A stretch of DNA of 64,000 bases, from positions 310,001 to 374,000 of the IMG/VR virus record IMGVR_UViG_3300028558_000016. One strand, 5' to 3'. This document shows, piece by piece, positions 48,021 through 57,207 of this stretch. Both the position numbers and the translations under genes were made by a program. How positions within the stretch are numbered: the first letter of the stretch is position 1; each line of letters opens with the position of its first letter. The notes beneath the pieces are model-generated. The model searched no databases. It was given only the letters and a program-made list of their open reading frames with translations, and was not told the origin of the DNA.

Positions 48021-48092
48021 AACTCCAAGTGGGGATCGAACCCACGACCAAAGGTTTTAGAGACCTACGTTCTACCACTGAACTATTGGAGC
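48021..48092 (-). tRNA. Amber suppressor tRNA (anticodon CUA)
   Basis: GCTCCAA-TA-GTTC AGTGGTA GAAC-G-TAGGT CTCTAAA ACCTT-TGGTC-GTGGG TTCGATC CCCAC-TTGGAGT-T. Confidence 0.9.
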
Positions 48093-48093
48093 A

Positions 48094-49107
48094 TTAAGAG
48101 AAGATTTCTTTAATGTGAGAGTCTAATGTTTTTTCATCGAAATGTGACAGCAATTCTTGTTCTGAGATCATTTTAATCATTCCACCCATTTCAGTTATTT
48201 TGGAAATAACATTTTCGTACCAATAGGCTTCCGTCTGTCCTGTATTTTTAATTTTGAATATTGGACCCTTTGTTTGTTTTGAAAAACCTACAAACTCAAA
48301 ATCACTTGTGAAGTTCATCATGAGTCTGTCATCAGCAGGATCTTCAAGACCTACAATGTTTGCATACCACGTTAGGTCTAATATTTTGGTTGCATTTTCA
48401 AACGAAGGTGTTTTGCTTTGTATTTGTAAATTACGTACATTTACTCCGTGCATCGTAGTGTCAAGTTGTAATTTTCCATAGTATATTAATCCGTAAGAAT
48501 AATTATATCCTTGCCTATTGCTGCAGGTATCACCTTTGGCAGTGTCTTGACATAAAAATATTTGGCCACCTTCTAATGTTATTTTTCCTTTAGCAGGTTT
48601 ATAACCGCTTCCGGCATGATCGATTTCTCCTACGAACATTTGTCCTTGGTAAAAATCTTCTACGACTAATTCTGATTGTGGCTTGTTGATAGGTGAAAAT
48701 TGTTCAGTCATTTTAATAGGTTTTTTCGTAAATTTATCTTCCATAACAGATCTCATCAACCATTGTTTTTCTAAAAGATTAGCAGGTCTGCAATTTCTTC
48801 CAGTTATCCAAGGAGTGCATTCATGAATTTTACCTTTGTTATTTGAATCTTTCCTGAATGTTTCTGTTACGTCAGAAGATTCAGTTACATGAGTAATGGT
48901 TGACACATAATAATGAGAATGTGCACGATCTTTATCGTCGGTATGCTCTTTAAATTTGAACACAATCTCGAGATCCTTTTGTATTCCATCAGCATCATCC
49001 AACATTTCGTGACAGTGATAAATTTCTCCAGGTACAAGGTCCTCAACCTTAAGCGATTCCATTTTAATCTGTTTAAATGCGTAGCTTAAAACCTCTACCA
49101 TGAACAT
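48094..49107 (-). CDS. Hypothetical protein
   Basis: ORF; true start may be the downstream MESLKV. Confidence 0.65.
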   Translation of the reverse strand: MFMVEVLSYAFKQIKMESLKVEDLVPGEIYHCHEMLDDADGIQKDLEIVFKFKEHTDDKDRAHSHYYVSTITHVTESSDVTETFRKDSNNKGKIHECTPWITGRNCRPANLLEKQWLMRSVMEDKFTKKPIKMTEQFSPINKPQSELVVEDFYQGQMFVGEIDHAGSGYKPAKGKITLEGGQIFLCQDTAKGDTCSNRQGYNYSYGLIYYGKLQLDTTMHGVNVRNLQIQSKTPSFENATKILDLTWYANIVGLEDPADDRLMMNFTSDFEFVGFSKQTKGPIFKIKNTGQTEAYWYENVISKITEMGGMIKMISEQELLSHFDEKTLDSHIKEIFS

Positions 49108-49582
49108 TTAGAATTTCAATGCTGCTATCTTGTTTTAAATAAGCTCTCAGCTTTGTAATGTAAACATCCATGCTTCGGCTGTTGTAATAATTGATGTCTC
49201 TCCAAATTTCTTTCAACGCAACATTTCGTTCAAGCTCAGTGTTCATGCAAAGCATTTTGAGTAATTGAGTTTCTTTGTTTGTCAATTTCTTGTCAATTGA
49301 ATTTAGAGTTAAAATTCTCTTGTTTTCATTGAACATGTATTTACCAATTTTGAAATTGACTTCATCATTGGTTCTGATTTTAGTATCAAGACTCATGTCC
49401 TTCATCATTGTTTCCATCATAGACTCTTCGGTCCTGCCATTGAATATCATGACATTCGCGTCGATGTCCTCGATCCCTGCTTCCTTTAAGTTGAACAGTA
49501 TCGGTTCGTTGTTTTTAAGCTTCTCGATATTCTTATCGCTCAAGCCTAAAATTATTGTGTTTCCTACTTTTGCTTTTATCAT
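49073..49582 (-). CDS. OmpR/PhoB-type winged-helix DNA-binding protein lacking a receiver domain
   Basis: LTNKETQLL..IW..RSMDVYITKLR..IEILNVHGRGFKL. Confidence 0.85.
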   Translation of the reverse strand: MIKAKVGNTIILGLSDKNIEKLKNNEPILFNLKEAGIEDIDANVMIFNGRTEESMMETMMKDMSLDTKIRTNDEVNFKIGKYMFNENKRILTLNSIDKKLTNKETQLLKMLCMNTELERNVALKEIWRDINYYNSRSMDVYITKLRAYLKQDSSIEILNVHGRGFKLRI

Positions 49583-50313
49583 GGTTTTTTGTATAATTCT
49601 GGTCTGTCATGTAATCCATTGAATTGGATAAATGATTTTGCTATCTTATCAAAGTCCTTGTCATTTTTAATTTCATATCTTTCCACGGCATTAAAAAATC
49701 CATCGTCGGCCGTGCATCCGCCATAACTCTCACCGATGTAAAGAAGATACTGTCCAGGCTTCATGGCATTCCATATCATGTGAGCCAACGGATCCATATA
49801 AGGCCAAGACAACACGAACATATCTGCATCTTCTGCCTGCTTGACGAATCTAACCGCATCCTCTTGTTTAACTATTGGAAGAAAATTGTTTGATTTCTTG
49901 TAATGGGCCCACGTCTTATTGTCAACGGCTTCCTTTAATGGTATTCCATATTTTTTCATCCAATGAGAGAACCAGCCTGTTCCGCAACACAATTCGTGCA
50001 CAACCTTCATCTTCTTCTTATCACAGAACTTCTTCATGGCAGTAAGCATCTCGTCATTATAAGCGACGAACGAATGTTCGAGATACATCTCTCTAATAAC
50101 GAAAGGACTCATCCATTTGTTCTCATCCTTGATTATATCCTTAATGGATTTAATTGACAATAGGTTGTCATACGGGTCTCTTACATGCTGTGTGATTACT
50201 TTTCTTGATGGAAGCTTCTCAGACGACAAATCGAATGTAGAACGGATTGCTTCCGTAACATCCTGGTCGAGGGTTTCTATCAGTGAACCGTATCTTTTTT
50301 CAGCCCGTGTCAT
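49579..50313 (-). CDS. Methyltransferase-like protein
   Basis: ELCCGTGW, LSWP, YIGE..GGCT. Confidence 0.65.
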   Translation of the reverse strand: MTRAEKRYGSLIETLDQDVTEAIRSTFDLSSEKLPSRKVITQHVRDPYDNLLSIKSIKDIIKDENKWMSPFVIREMYLEHSFVAYNDEMLTAMKKFCDKKKMKVVHELCCGTGWFSHWMKKYGIPLKEAVDNKTWAHYKKSNNFLPIVKQEDAVRFVKQAEDADMFVLSWPYMDPLAHMIWNAMKPGQYLLYIGESYGGCTADDGFFNAVERYEIKNDKDFDKIAKSFIQFNGLHDRPELYKKP

Positions 50314-50387
50314 TGTAGCAATTTACCAAAAAACCATGAATCTTTTAAAGATATATAGATCAAATACACAAATTAACTAAAATCGCC

Positions 50388-50987
50388 ATGCTTAAGTACG
50401 TAAAATTATATGAGTCTTTTCTTTCTGAGGCACAGGCCGAGGTCACCACGACTAAGACTATCAAGCTGAATAAGGGAATTCAAGAGAAGGTTAAATTGGC
50501 AGCAGAATTAAGCTCCCAATTGAAACATGCTACAGCCGATTACGAGGCAAAGATAAAACCAATGCAAGAGGTTCTTAACAAGTATGATGAAGAGATCTTA
50601 AATGCTTTAACGGCTGTTAATGCTAATCAGGCAAAGGTTGAAGACATCATCGCAAAAGTTATGATGGCCAAAGGAAGAATGACTGACTCTTACAAAACTC
50701 TTTGGGAAGAAGCATTGAAGAAAATGAATGACGCAACAAGAAAAACAATGTTGGAAATTCAAGCAGCAAACAAGAAGCAAAATCCAGATAAGTACTGGAT
50801 GGAATATGTTAAGGAAGAAGCAATGACTAACGAAGGTTTCAAGGACATCCAAGAATGGGGTTCTAAATTGGTTAACAAATTTAAAACTTGGGTTAAAGAC
50901 GTTTGGTCTAAAGTTAAGAATGCGATTGGCGAACATGAGAAAGCAGTCGACAATCTCGAAGCAGTTGCAGCAAAACTTCCTAAATAA
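50388..50987 (+). CDS. Coiled-coil probable head internal protein
   Basis: MLKYVKLYESFLSE N-terminus; after an ATATATAG motif. Confidence 0.55.
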   Translation: MLKYVKLYESFLSEAQAEVTTTKTIKLNKGIQEKVKLAAELSSQLKHATADYEAKIKPMQEVLNKYDEEILNALTAVNANQAKVEDIIAKVMMAKGRMTDSYKTLWEEALKKMNDATRKTMLEIQAANKKQNPDKYWMEYVKEEAMTNEGFKDIQEWGSKLVNKFKTWVKDVWSKVKNAIGEHEKAVDNLEAVAAKLPK

Positions 50988-51664
50988 TGAAAAACCTTCT
51001 CCTCTACGAGAAATATATTGCTCCATTTGATTCTTCCATGAAGAAGGCAAAAGGACGTTGGGATGCATTACATGCATCAGATGAATTCGTTGAGAAGGCA
51101 GTTGATGCCATGTATAAATGGTTCTATGGTGGATTCATGTCAGGCCCTCACAAGCACGACAGTGATTACATTATAGAAATAACTAACGTGTTTAAAAACA
51201 TAGGAAAAGTTTATCACACTCCAGTTGATAAAAGCATGTTTAGAATTGCTCACTTACACATTGAACCTGGAATGGGAACAAAGGAAATAAGAAAGATAAG
51301 CAAAACGCAATCAGGTCCTAAGCAATTACAAAGTTGGTCAACTACAAAGGAAGGTGCTGAATGGTTTTTCAATCATTTTGTGAGAGACCAAAATCAAGAT
51401 GCAGTGTCACATCCGTCGAGGACGTGGGTTTTGTTAAGTACTGAAGCAGAGAATCTGAATCAGCTCTTGACATTTGAAGAATGCATGCAGTTTTTATATG
51501 ACATAGGTCACATGGATTCTAATGTGGAAATGCTGGCAGATAGATTAGTTTCCAACGACATGTTGAAATTGCATGAATTGATATGTGATACTCCAAAAGA
51601 AGTTCCAGTCAAGATAGAAAACATTCTCGTTCCGCCAGTAAAGAAAACAACAAAGAAGAAATAA
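50987..51664 (+). CDS. Hypothetical protein (SWS motif, possibly ADP-ribosyltransferase-like)
   Basis: FR..QSWSTT..E pattern; weak. Confidence 0.45.
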   Translation: MKNLLLYEKYIAPFDSSMKKAKGRWDALHASDEFVEKAVDAMYKWFYGGFMSGPHKHDSDYIIEITNVFKNIGKVYHTPVDKSMFRIAHLHIEPGMGTKEIRKISKTQSGPKQLQSWSTTKEGAEWFFNHFVRDQNQDAVSHPSRTWVLLSTEAENLNQLLTFEECMQFLYDIGHMDSNVEMLADRLVSNDMLKLHELICDTPKEVPVKIENILVPPVKKTTKKK

Positions 51665-51810
51665 TGGCCTGGATACCACCGAATTATAGAAGTAAATCAG
51701 CGTCTAAGGACAGAGACGAAAACGTTTTCATGTACAAGAAGAAAAAGAAAGGTGCAAAATCAATGGTTAGCTCTTTCAAGGGATTCAAAGAAATAAAGAA
51801 AATGAAATAA
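51664..51810 (+). CDS. Small basic protein (48 aa, not in ORF track)
   Basis: MAWIPPNYRSK...; TAATG overlaps on both sides. Confidence 0.55.
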   Translation: MAWIPPNYRSKSASKDRDENVFMYKKKKKGAKSMVSSFKGFKEIKKMK

Positions 51811-52247
51811 TGAGCATAAAGAAATTTGAAGATTTCTTCATCAATGAAGATAACAAAACAATAAAGGTAAAAGAAGTTGAACCTTATGGTGGAATGTATT
51901 CAGATGAGAACGGTGATAAATATTATCAAGACGACAAGAAAAACATTTATAAGCAAGTAGATGGAGTATGGCACATTTGCACAGACTCAGGTGAAGCTGA
52001 ATATCCTGTTCGTTATACGATTGAAATAGACGAGGCAACTAATGAAGCTAAGATCAATGAAGTTGGTCCAATGAAATTTACAAAGTCGACTGCCGGAATG
52101 ATTCCTGCGAATAAAAAGCAAGAATTTAAAACAGACGTTAAGCTAAAGAAATCCGAATGGGATGCAATGTTTGATAAAATAAACAAATTGACTTCAGCTA
52201 AACGTGCAGAAATAATAAAGAAGCTCCACCAAATGGGGTTGATGTAA
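51810..52247 (+). CDS. Probable head internal protein
   Basis: MSIKKFEDFFINE N-terminus; xNE motifs. Confidence 0.55.
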   Translation: MSIKKFEDFFINEDNKTIKVKEVEPYGGMYSDENGDKYYQDDKKNIYKQVDGVWHICTDSGEAEYPVRYTIEIDEATNEAKINEVGPMKFTKSTAGMIPANKKQEFKTDVKLKKSEWDAMFDKINKLTSAKRAEIIKKLHQMGLM

Positions 52248-52248
52248 T

Positions 52249-52494
52249 ATGGAAAACCAAGATCAAGACAGCACAGAAAAACAATTGGATAAGGTAGATA
52301 GTTATCTTACCAAGTTTGGAAACATATTGAAGAAACATTGGGGCAAATTACTTTTGCTTGGATTTGGATATTTAGTTTATTGGTATATGTCTCAACCTGC
52401 TGAACAAACAGAAGCAGATGAACAATATCAAATAGTAGATACTGTTTACGTGGAAGATACGGTTTTCGTGGCTGACACAACAGAAACAGAATAA
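52249..52494 (+). CDS. Single-TM membrane protein
   Basis: WGKLLLLGFGYLVYWY. Confidence 0.6.
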   Translation: MENQDQDSTEKQLDKVDSYLTKFGNILKKHWGKLLLLGFGYLVYWYMSQPAEQTEADEQYQIVDTVYVEDTVFVADTTETE

Positions 52495-52591
52495 TTTTCT
52501 AACCCGCTTAAATGCGGGACTTAGGACCGGTGAATCGATATTCGCTACATTGATTCACGAAAGAGAGGTACCAACGGGTACCTCTTGCTTT

Positions 52592-53116
52592 TTAATCCAA
52601 CGATTTTCTTGTGCTGTATTGAATCTTGAAGAATTCTCTTCCATCTAAAAGCTCTTTGTTCTTGTCATCAACTTCTTCTATTCGACTGTTCATCTTATTA
52701 AAGAGTCTTGTTGGTTTTAAACTGTAAGCTGTGTTTAATATGGAATTTTTTTGATCATCGTGAGACCACTTTCTGGAAAATCTATTGTCATCCTTTGTTA
52801 TTGGTTCTTTGATCAGGGTTTTCTCCTTGTTGAGCTTTATAAGCATTTTGAATGCTTCATCAGAAACAACGTATCTGTCTGGAATTATTTTTCCAGGATA
52901 CAAGAACATCAGCATAAATTTATACATCAACATTCCATATCCTCGTCCAGCTATCTCAATGATATATGTTCCGTCGAATTTATTAGTTGCCTTTATATAG
53001 GCAACAGGTTTGAAATTTTTTGAAAATACAAACTCCTGAATTTTGTTTCCTTCACAATGAAGTATTCTTAAGTTTTTTGGAAGTGTAAATTCTTCAAATG
53101 AATCTATGCGTGTCAT
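52592..53116 (-). CDS. Hypothetical protein
   Basis: MTRIDSFEEF; GRGYG..MY GNAT-like motif. Confidence 0.55.
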   Translation of the reverse strand: MTRIDSFEEFTLPKNLRILHCEGNKIQEFVFSKNFKPVAYIKATNKFDGTYIIEIAGRGYGMLMYKFMLMFLYPGKIIPDRYVVSDEAFKMLIKLNKEKTLIKEPITKDDNRFSRKWSHDDQKNSILNTAYSLKPTRLFNKMNSRIEEVDDKNKELLDGREFFKIQYSTRKSLD

Positions 53117-53130
53117 GAACTATATATCGA

Positions 53131-53580
53131 TCATAAACCTAAAGCATCACTTATTTTTTTCCTGACTTCTCTTAACGGAGTTGTTTCTCCGGCTTTAATC
53201 TTAGATGGAATTATGAAACCAGTTTCGCGCGTTTCTTCAACGCCATTCATAGTATATGATTCTCCAATAACATCCGTAAAAGTATCTTTAAACAATTCGT
53301 CTAATTGAGCAAAGTATTTTTCTTTAACGAGAAAGAAGAATTGATTCTCGTGCATCATCAAAGAATTGTAATGCCTGAGGAATATTATGTCGCTTCCCCA
53401 TTCTCCAGCTTCTTTTCTTGCTTGAACTATTCTTCCAACATACTTATCAACACCATTATTACCGGCCTGTGGACCTGTTATAAGATATTTTCCATGATCA
53501 GCATCTGTGAAGTTTCTGATCATCATTCCCTTGTCATCAACTATTTGATTTAGGAGTTTTGTTATTTCTGATTTTTTCAT
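53131..53580 (-). CDS. Hypothetical protein
   Basis: ORF. Confidence 0.6.
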   Translation of the reverse strand: MKKSEITKLLNQIVDDKGMMIRNFTDADHGKYLITGPQAGNNGVDKYVGRIVQARKEAGEWGSDIIFLRHYNSLMMHENQFFFLVKEKYFAQLDELFKDTFTDVIGESYTMNGVEETRETGFIIPSKIKAGETTPLREVRKKISDALGL

Positions 53581-54463
53581 TGTCTCGTATTTCGTTTATT
53601 GTTTTCATTTTCATTTTCCATTCATCACCTTTCCCCCATTTTTCCCAGGCAACCTTTTCTACTAATTTTCCATACTCACCTGTTGGATTTGCTATAAGCA
53701 ATGCAGAAAGCTCATTCATCGTTTTGGCCTTTATCTCTTCTTCTATTTTATGCAAATCAATATAGGCTTCTTCCATCTTTTCAACATTCTTGTCAAACCT
53801 GATGTTAAGAGTTTCCATTAATATGGCGAACAGCATCATTGAATAGATGTAACCTTTTGGAATGTTTATTCCCATACCGTCTATAAATAAGGAGAAACCT
53901 ATCATGACAAGGAACGCGAGAGCAAGTATCTTAAATGATGGATGTTTCTCTATGAAATTGTTCAATGGGGTAAAGAATAGAAACATGCAGAATATGGCGG
54001 TCAATGTTGCAGTCAATTGGATCCATCGAACATCTGACATTCCAACTGCTGTGATCGTCGAGTCGATGCTGAATATCAAATCAATTGCAGTCATCGTCAT
54101 AATCATCGACATCATTGTTTTTTTCTCAATTGGTTTGTCTGTTCCTTTTTGTTCAATGTTGTGATATAATTCCTTTACGGCTTTGAACACAAGAAAGAAA
54201 CCTCCACCAACCATTATAAGGTCATGCACGTTGTAAGATTTTCCCATGACAGAGAAAAGTTCTTCTTTCATGTTGGCGAGAAATCCAGCACATAGAATCA
54301 AGATGGTGTTCATGATCATCGAAATAACTATTCCAATTCGTCTTGCTTTCTTTTTAAACGCTGGGTCAAGCTCAGATGTTACTATTGATAGGAATATGAC
54401 GTTGTCTATCCCGAGAACTATTTGAAGGGCAGTTAACCCTATTACTGATATAATCAAATCCAT
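53537..54463 (-). CDS. terC: TerC family membrane protein
   Basis: IVLGIDNVIF, DLIFSIDS.ITAVGM, HPSFKILAL.FL..IG, IPKGYIY. Confidence 0.92.
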   Translation of the reverse strand: MDLIISVIGLTALQIVLGIDNVIFLSIVTSELDPAFKKKARRIGIVISMIMNTILILCAGFLANMKEELFSVMGKSYNVHDLIMVGGGFFLVFKAVKELYHNIEQKGTDKPIEKKTMMSMIMTMTAIDLIFSIDSTITAVGMSDVRWIQLTATLTAIFCMFLFFTPLNNFIEKHPSFKILALAFLVMIGFSLFIDGMGINIPKGYIYSMMLFAILMETLNIRFDKNVEKMEEAYIDLHKIEEEIKAKTMNELSALLIANPTGEYGKLVEKVAWEKWGKGDEWKMKMKTINEIRDNEKIRNNKTPKSNS

Positions 54464-54548
54464 GATAAGTATGATAAGTTTAATGCAAAAATAAAAAAAA
54501 TTTCTGAAGAATAAAAATTATTGGTATATTTGTGCTTATTGATAATTT

Positions 54549-55451
54549 ATGGACAACTTGTATAATAGTAATGGTTTGATTTTTTGGTCAGAAGCGGAGA
54601 TAAAACTTCGTGAGATGTTCGAGAACTATTTCGTTCAAAAACTGAAGACCAATCTCAAATCTCAGAACAGAGCATTCGACCTTTATAAGTGCGAAGCTCC
54701 ATTATTGACTCCGGTCGATTTAATAAACCCGAATTATACCGAAGAGGATGTTTGGATTCAAGCCAATTTAAGAGGTGCAATGCCGGTTGTTCGTTATGCT
54801 GAAAAGAAATCGAGCATTGACGATGACATGGAAAAATTAATGTCATTGAGCAAAGAACACATGCGTTCCGAAGAGGATAGTTATTACAAACGCATGCTTG
54901 AATTGAACGATCAAATTACAAATGGAAAATTGAATATGGACCTTGCCATTGAAATGGGTGCGGTATATACTGAGATGTATCCTAATCATTCATTAGTATT
55001 AAGGCCTGAAACCACAATGGGAAGTTATGCTTATGCAAGACATTTGCTTAATCCGCACAATGCAGTTAAGATAATGCCACCATTGGTTGTATATCAACAT
55101 GGAAAATCATTTAGAAGAGAACAGGATCAGCCCACAAAATACATGAGGCTTAAGGAATTCTATCAATTGGAATTCCAGATACTATATTCACCTTCTACCA
55201 AGAACGACTATTCTCTAACGTTGATCCCTACAGTAAAACAAATGATAGAGGATATGATTGGTCCGTGTCATGTGGAAGATTCAGACAGACTTCCAAGCTA
55301 TGCTGAATGGACAAGAGATGTCATCTGCGATAAAACAGGAATGGAAGTTTGTTCAATGTCAAAAAGAACTGACTACGAGAACATGAACGTCATTGAGGTG
55401 GCAATAGGAACCGACCGGTGCATATATAATTTCAATTTGAAGAATGGATAA
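54549..55451 (+). CDS. GlyRS-like class II aaRS catalytic core without anticodon-binding domain
   Basis: LRPETTMG, GKSFRRE..RLKEFYQLEFQ (motif 2), VIEVAIGTDR (motif 3); ends 10 aa later. Confidence 0.8.
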   Translation: MDNLYNSNGLIFWSEAEIKLREMFENYFVQKLKTNLKSQNRAFDLYKCEAPLLTPVDLINPNYTEEDVWIQANLRGAMPVVRYAEKKSSIDDDMEKLMSLSKEHMRSEEDSYYKRMLELNDQITNGKLNMDLAIEMGAVYTEMYPNHSLVLRPETTMGSYAYARHLLNPHNAVKIMPPLVVYQHGKSFRREQDQPTKYMRLKEFYQLEFQILYSPSTKNDYSLTLIPTVKQMIEDMIGPCHVEDSDRLPSYAEWTRDVICDKTGMEVCSMSKRTDYENMNVIEVAIGTDRCIYNFNLKNG

Positions 55452-55800
55452 CGAATATGGAAGCTGCATGTTTTCTATGATGTCATTGAGACATCTTGGA
55501 CAAACTTTAAAATGGGAAGCTTCTGATATTGCTTTGAAACATGTATGTCCATTTTGTAGCGGACAGGCAAAGATAAGAGCTGAACTTAGAGACTTTGGAA
55601 TTTATGGAGAATCAATACAGGCATTCTATGCCTGTGTTAAATGCGAGGAAGAGTTTACGACAACGGAAATTGATGAGATAAATATAACGCCTCTTCTTAA
55701 AAAGAAGCGTGGAACGAGAAAAGTAGTGGAAATAATAAAATCGGTATTAAAACTTAAATTAAAAAACAATGGCACAAGAAGTAACAGACAGCAATCTTGA
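55444..55800 (+). CDS. Zn-ribbon protein
   Basis: CPFC...CVKC..FTT.E. Confidence 0.6.
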   Translation: MDNEYGSCMFSMMSLRHLGQTLKWEASDIALKHVCPFCSGQAKIRAELRDFGIYGESIQAFYACVKCEEEFTTTEIDEINITPLLKKKRGTRKVVEIIKSVLKLKLKNNGTRSNRQQS

Positions 55801-56083
55801 GGAAACTCTTAAGACGGAAAAATTAGTGGTTCTCGATTTTTGGGCACCATGGTGTGGACCTTGCAGGACGATTGGTCCTGTCATAGAAGAACTACACACT
55901 GAGTATGGAGAAAATGTGGTAATTGGAAAAGTCAACGTTGATGACAATTCTGAAGCTGCCACAAAATACGGAATCAGAAGCATTCCAGCAATTTACTTCA
56001 TTAAGAATGGAGAAGTTGTTGACAAGATAATTGGCGCAGCTCCTAAAACGGAGTTTGTGGCAAGGATCGAGGCTAACAAATAA
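55769..56083 (+). CDS. trxA: Thioredoxin
   Basis: DFWAPWCGPC. Confidence 0.97.
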   Translation: MAQEVTDSNLEETLKTEKLVVLDFWAPWCGPCRTIGPVIEELHTEYGENVVIGKVNVDDNSEAATKYGIRSIPAIYFIKNGEVVDKIIGAAPKTEFVARIEANK

Positions 56084-56084
56084 T

Positions 56085-56636
56085 ATGGCGAACAATAATT
56101 TCAAAAGGCCTTACAGGCCAATTCAGAAACAAAGGGAACACAAGATCAATGAAGAGATCAGACATCCCAATGTGAGAGTTACAGGTGATGACATTGAGTC
56201 ACAGGTTGTAACCATCCAAGAGGCATTGCGCATGGCAAGGGAAGCTGGAGTTGATCTCGTTGAGATTGCTCCAAGCGCAAACCCACCTGTGTGCAAGATA
56301 ATCGAATATGGAAAACTCCTTTACGAGAAAAAGAGAAAAGACAAGGAGAATAAAAAGAACCAAGATCAGGTTGAAATAAAAGAACTTCGATTGACACCAA
56401 GCACAGACGAACATGATTTGCAATTCAAATGCAACAATGCAATGAAATGGTTAGCTGATGGAAATAAAGTGAAAGCCGTTGTAGTATTCAAAGGAAGAAT
56501 GATCAAATATAAAGAGATGGGAGAAATCCTTTTGCTTAAACTTTCTGTGATGCTCGAAGACCATGGAAAAGTTGAACAGCTACCAAAACTCGAAGGCTTC
56601 AAAATGACCATGATGGTCATTCCAAAAAAGAAGTAA
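56085..56636 (+). CDS. infC: Translation initiation factor IF-3
   Basis: INEEIR, DLVEIAP.ANPPVCKI..YGK, IKELRL.P..DEHD, GNKVK..FKGR. Confidence 0.95.
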   Translation: MANNNFKRPYRPIQKQREHKINEEIRHPNVRVTGDDIESQVVTIQEALRMAREAGVDLVEIAPSANPPVCKIIEYGKLLYEKKRKDKENKKNQDQVEIKELRLTPSTDEHDLQFKCNNAMKWLADGNKVKAVVVFKGRMIKYKEMGEILLLKLSVMLEDHGKVEQLPKLEGFKMTMMVIPKKK

Positions 56637-56778
56637 AATATTCCATTTACTAAAATTTATTATGCAATCTAACTTATTGACTATCAATAGGTTAGATTTC
56701 CATTTATTATTCTAATTATTTTTATTATTGATATTTATTTAGTAATTTTACTAATGTAAATCAATTAAACAACCAACC

Positions 56779-57198
56779 ATGAAAATTAAACAATTTAACT
56801 CAGCAGTAGATTTTAACCAATTAAGATCTGAAATCAATCAAGCTTTAGAAGGTGTAGGAAAAAAATATGGCGTAAATTTTCAAGCGCGTAATGCCTCATA
56901 CCTTGATCAAGTTGCAACCTTCAAACTTGAATTAACAACACTTGGGGAAGGTGGAACCGTAGAAACAAAAGAAGCCAAAGAGTTTAAATCTATGGCAACG
57001 TTATATGGAATGAAACCTGAGGACTTAGGTAAAACTGTTACCATACAAGGACGTAAATTTGAAATCACCGGAATGAAACCTAAAAGCAGAAATTGCATAA
57101 CAGGAAAAGATTCAAGTGGTAGAGGTTACAAACTTCCATTAGCTGGAGTAAAACGTTCTCTTGGATATGCAGTTACTGCAATGGATGAAACTTTATAA
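56779..57198 (+). CDS. Hypothetical (probably early) protein
   Basis: ORF after the operator/promoter module. Confidence 0.65.
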   Translation: MKIKQFNSAVDFNQLRSEINQALEGVGKKYGVNFQARNASYLDQVATFKLELTTLGEGGTVETKEAKEFKSMATLYGMKPEDLGKTVTIQGRKFEITGMKPKSRNCITGKDSSGRGYKLPLAGVKRSLGYAVTAMDETL

Positions 57199-57207
57199 AT
57201 TAAAATT

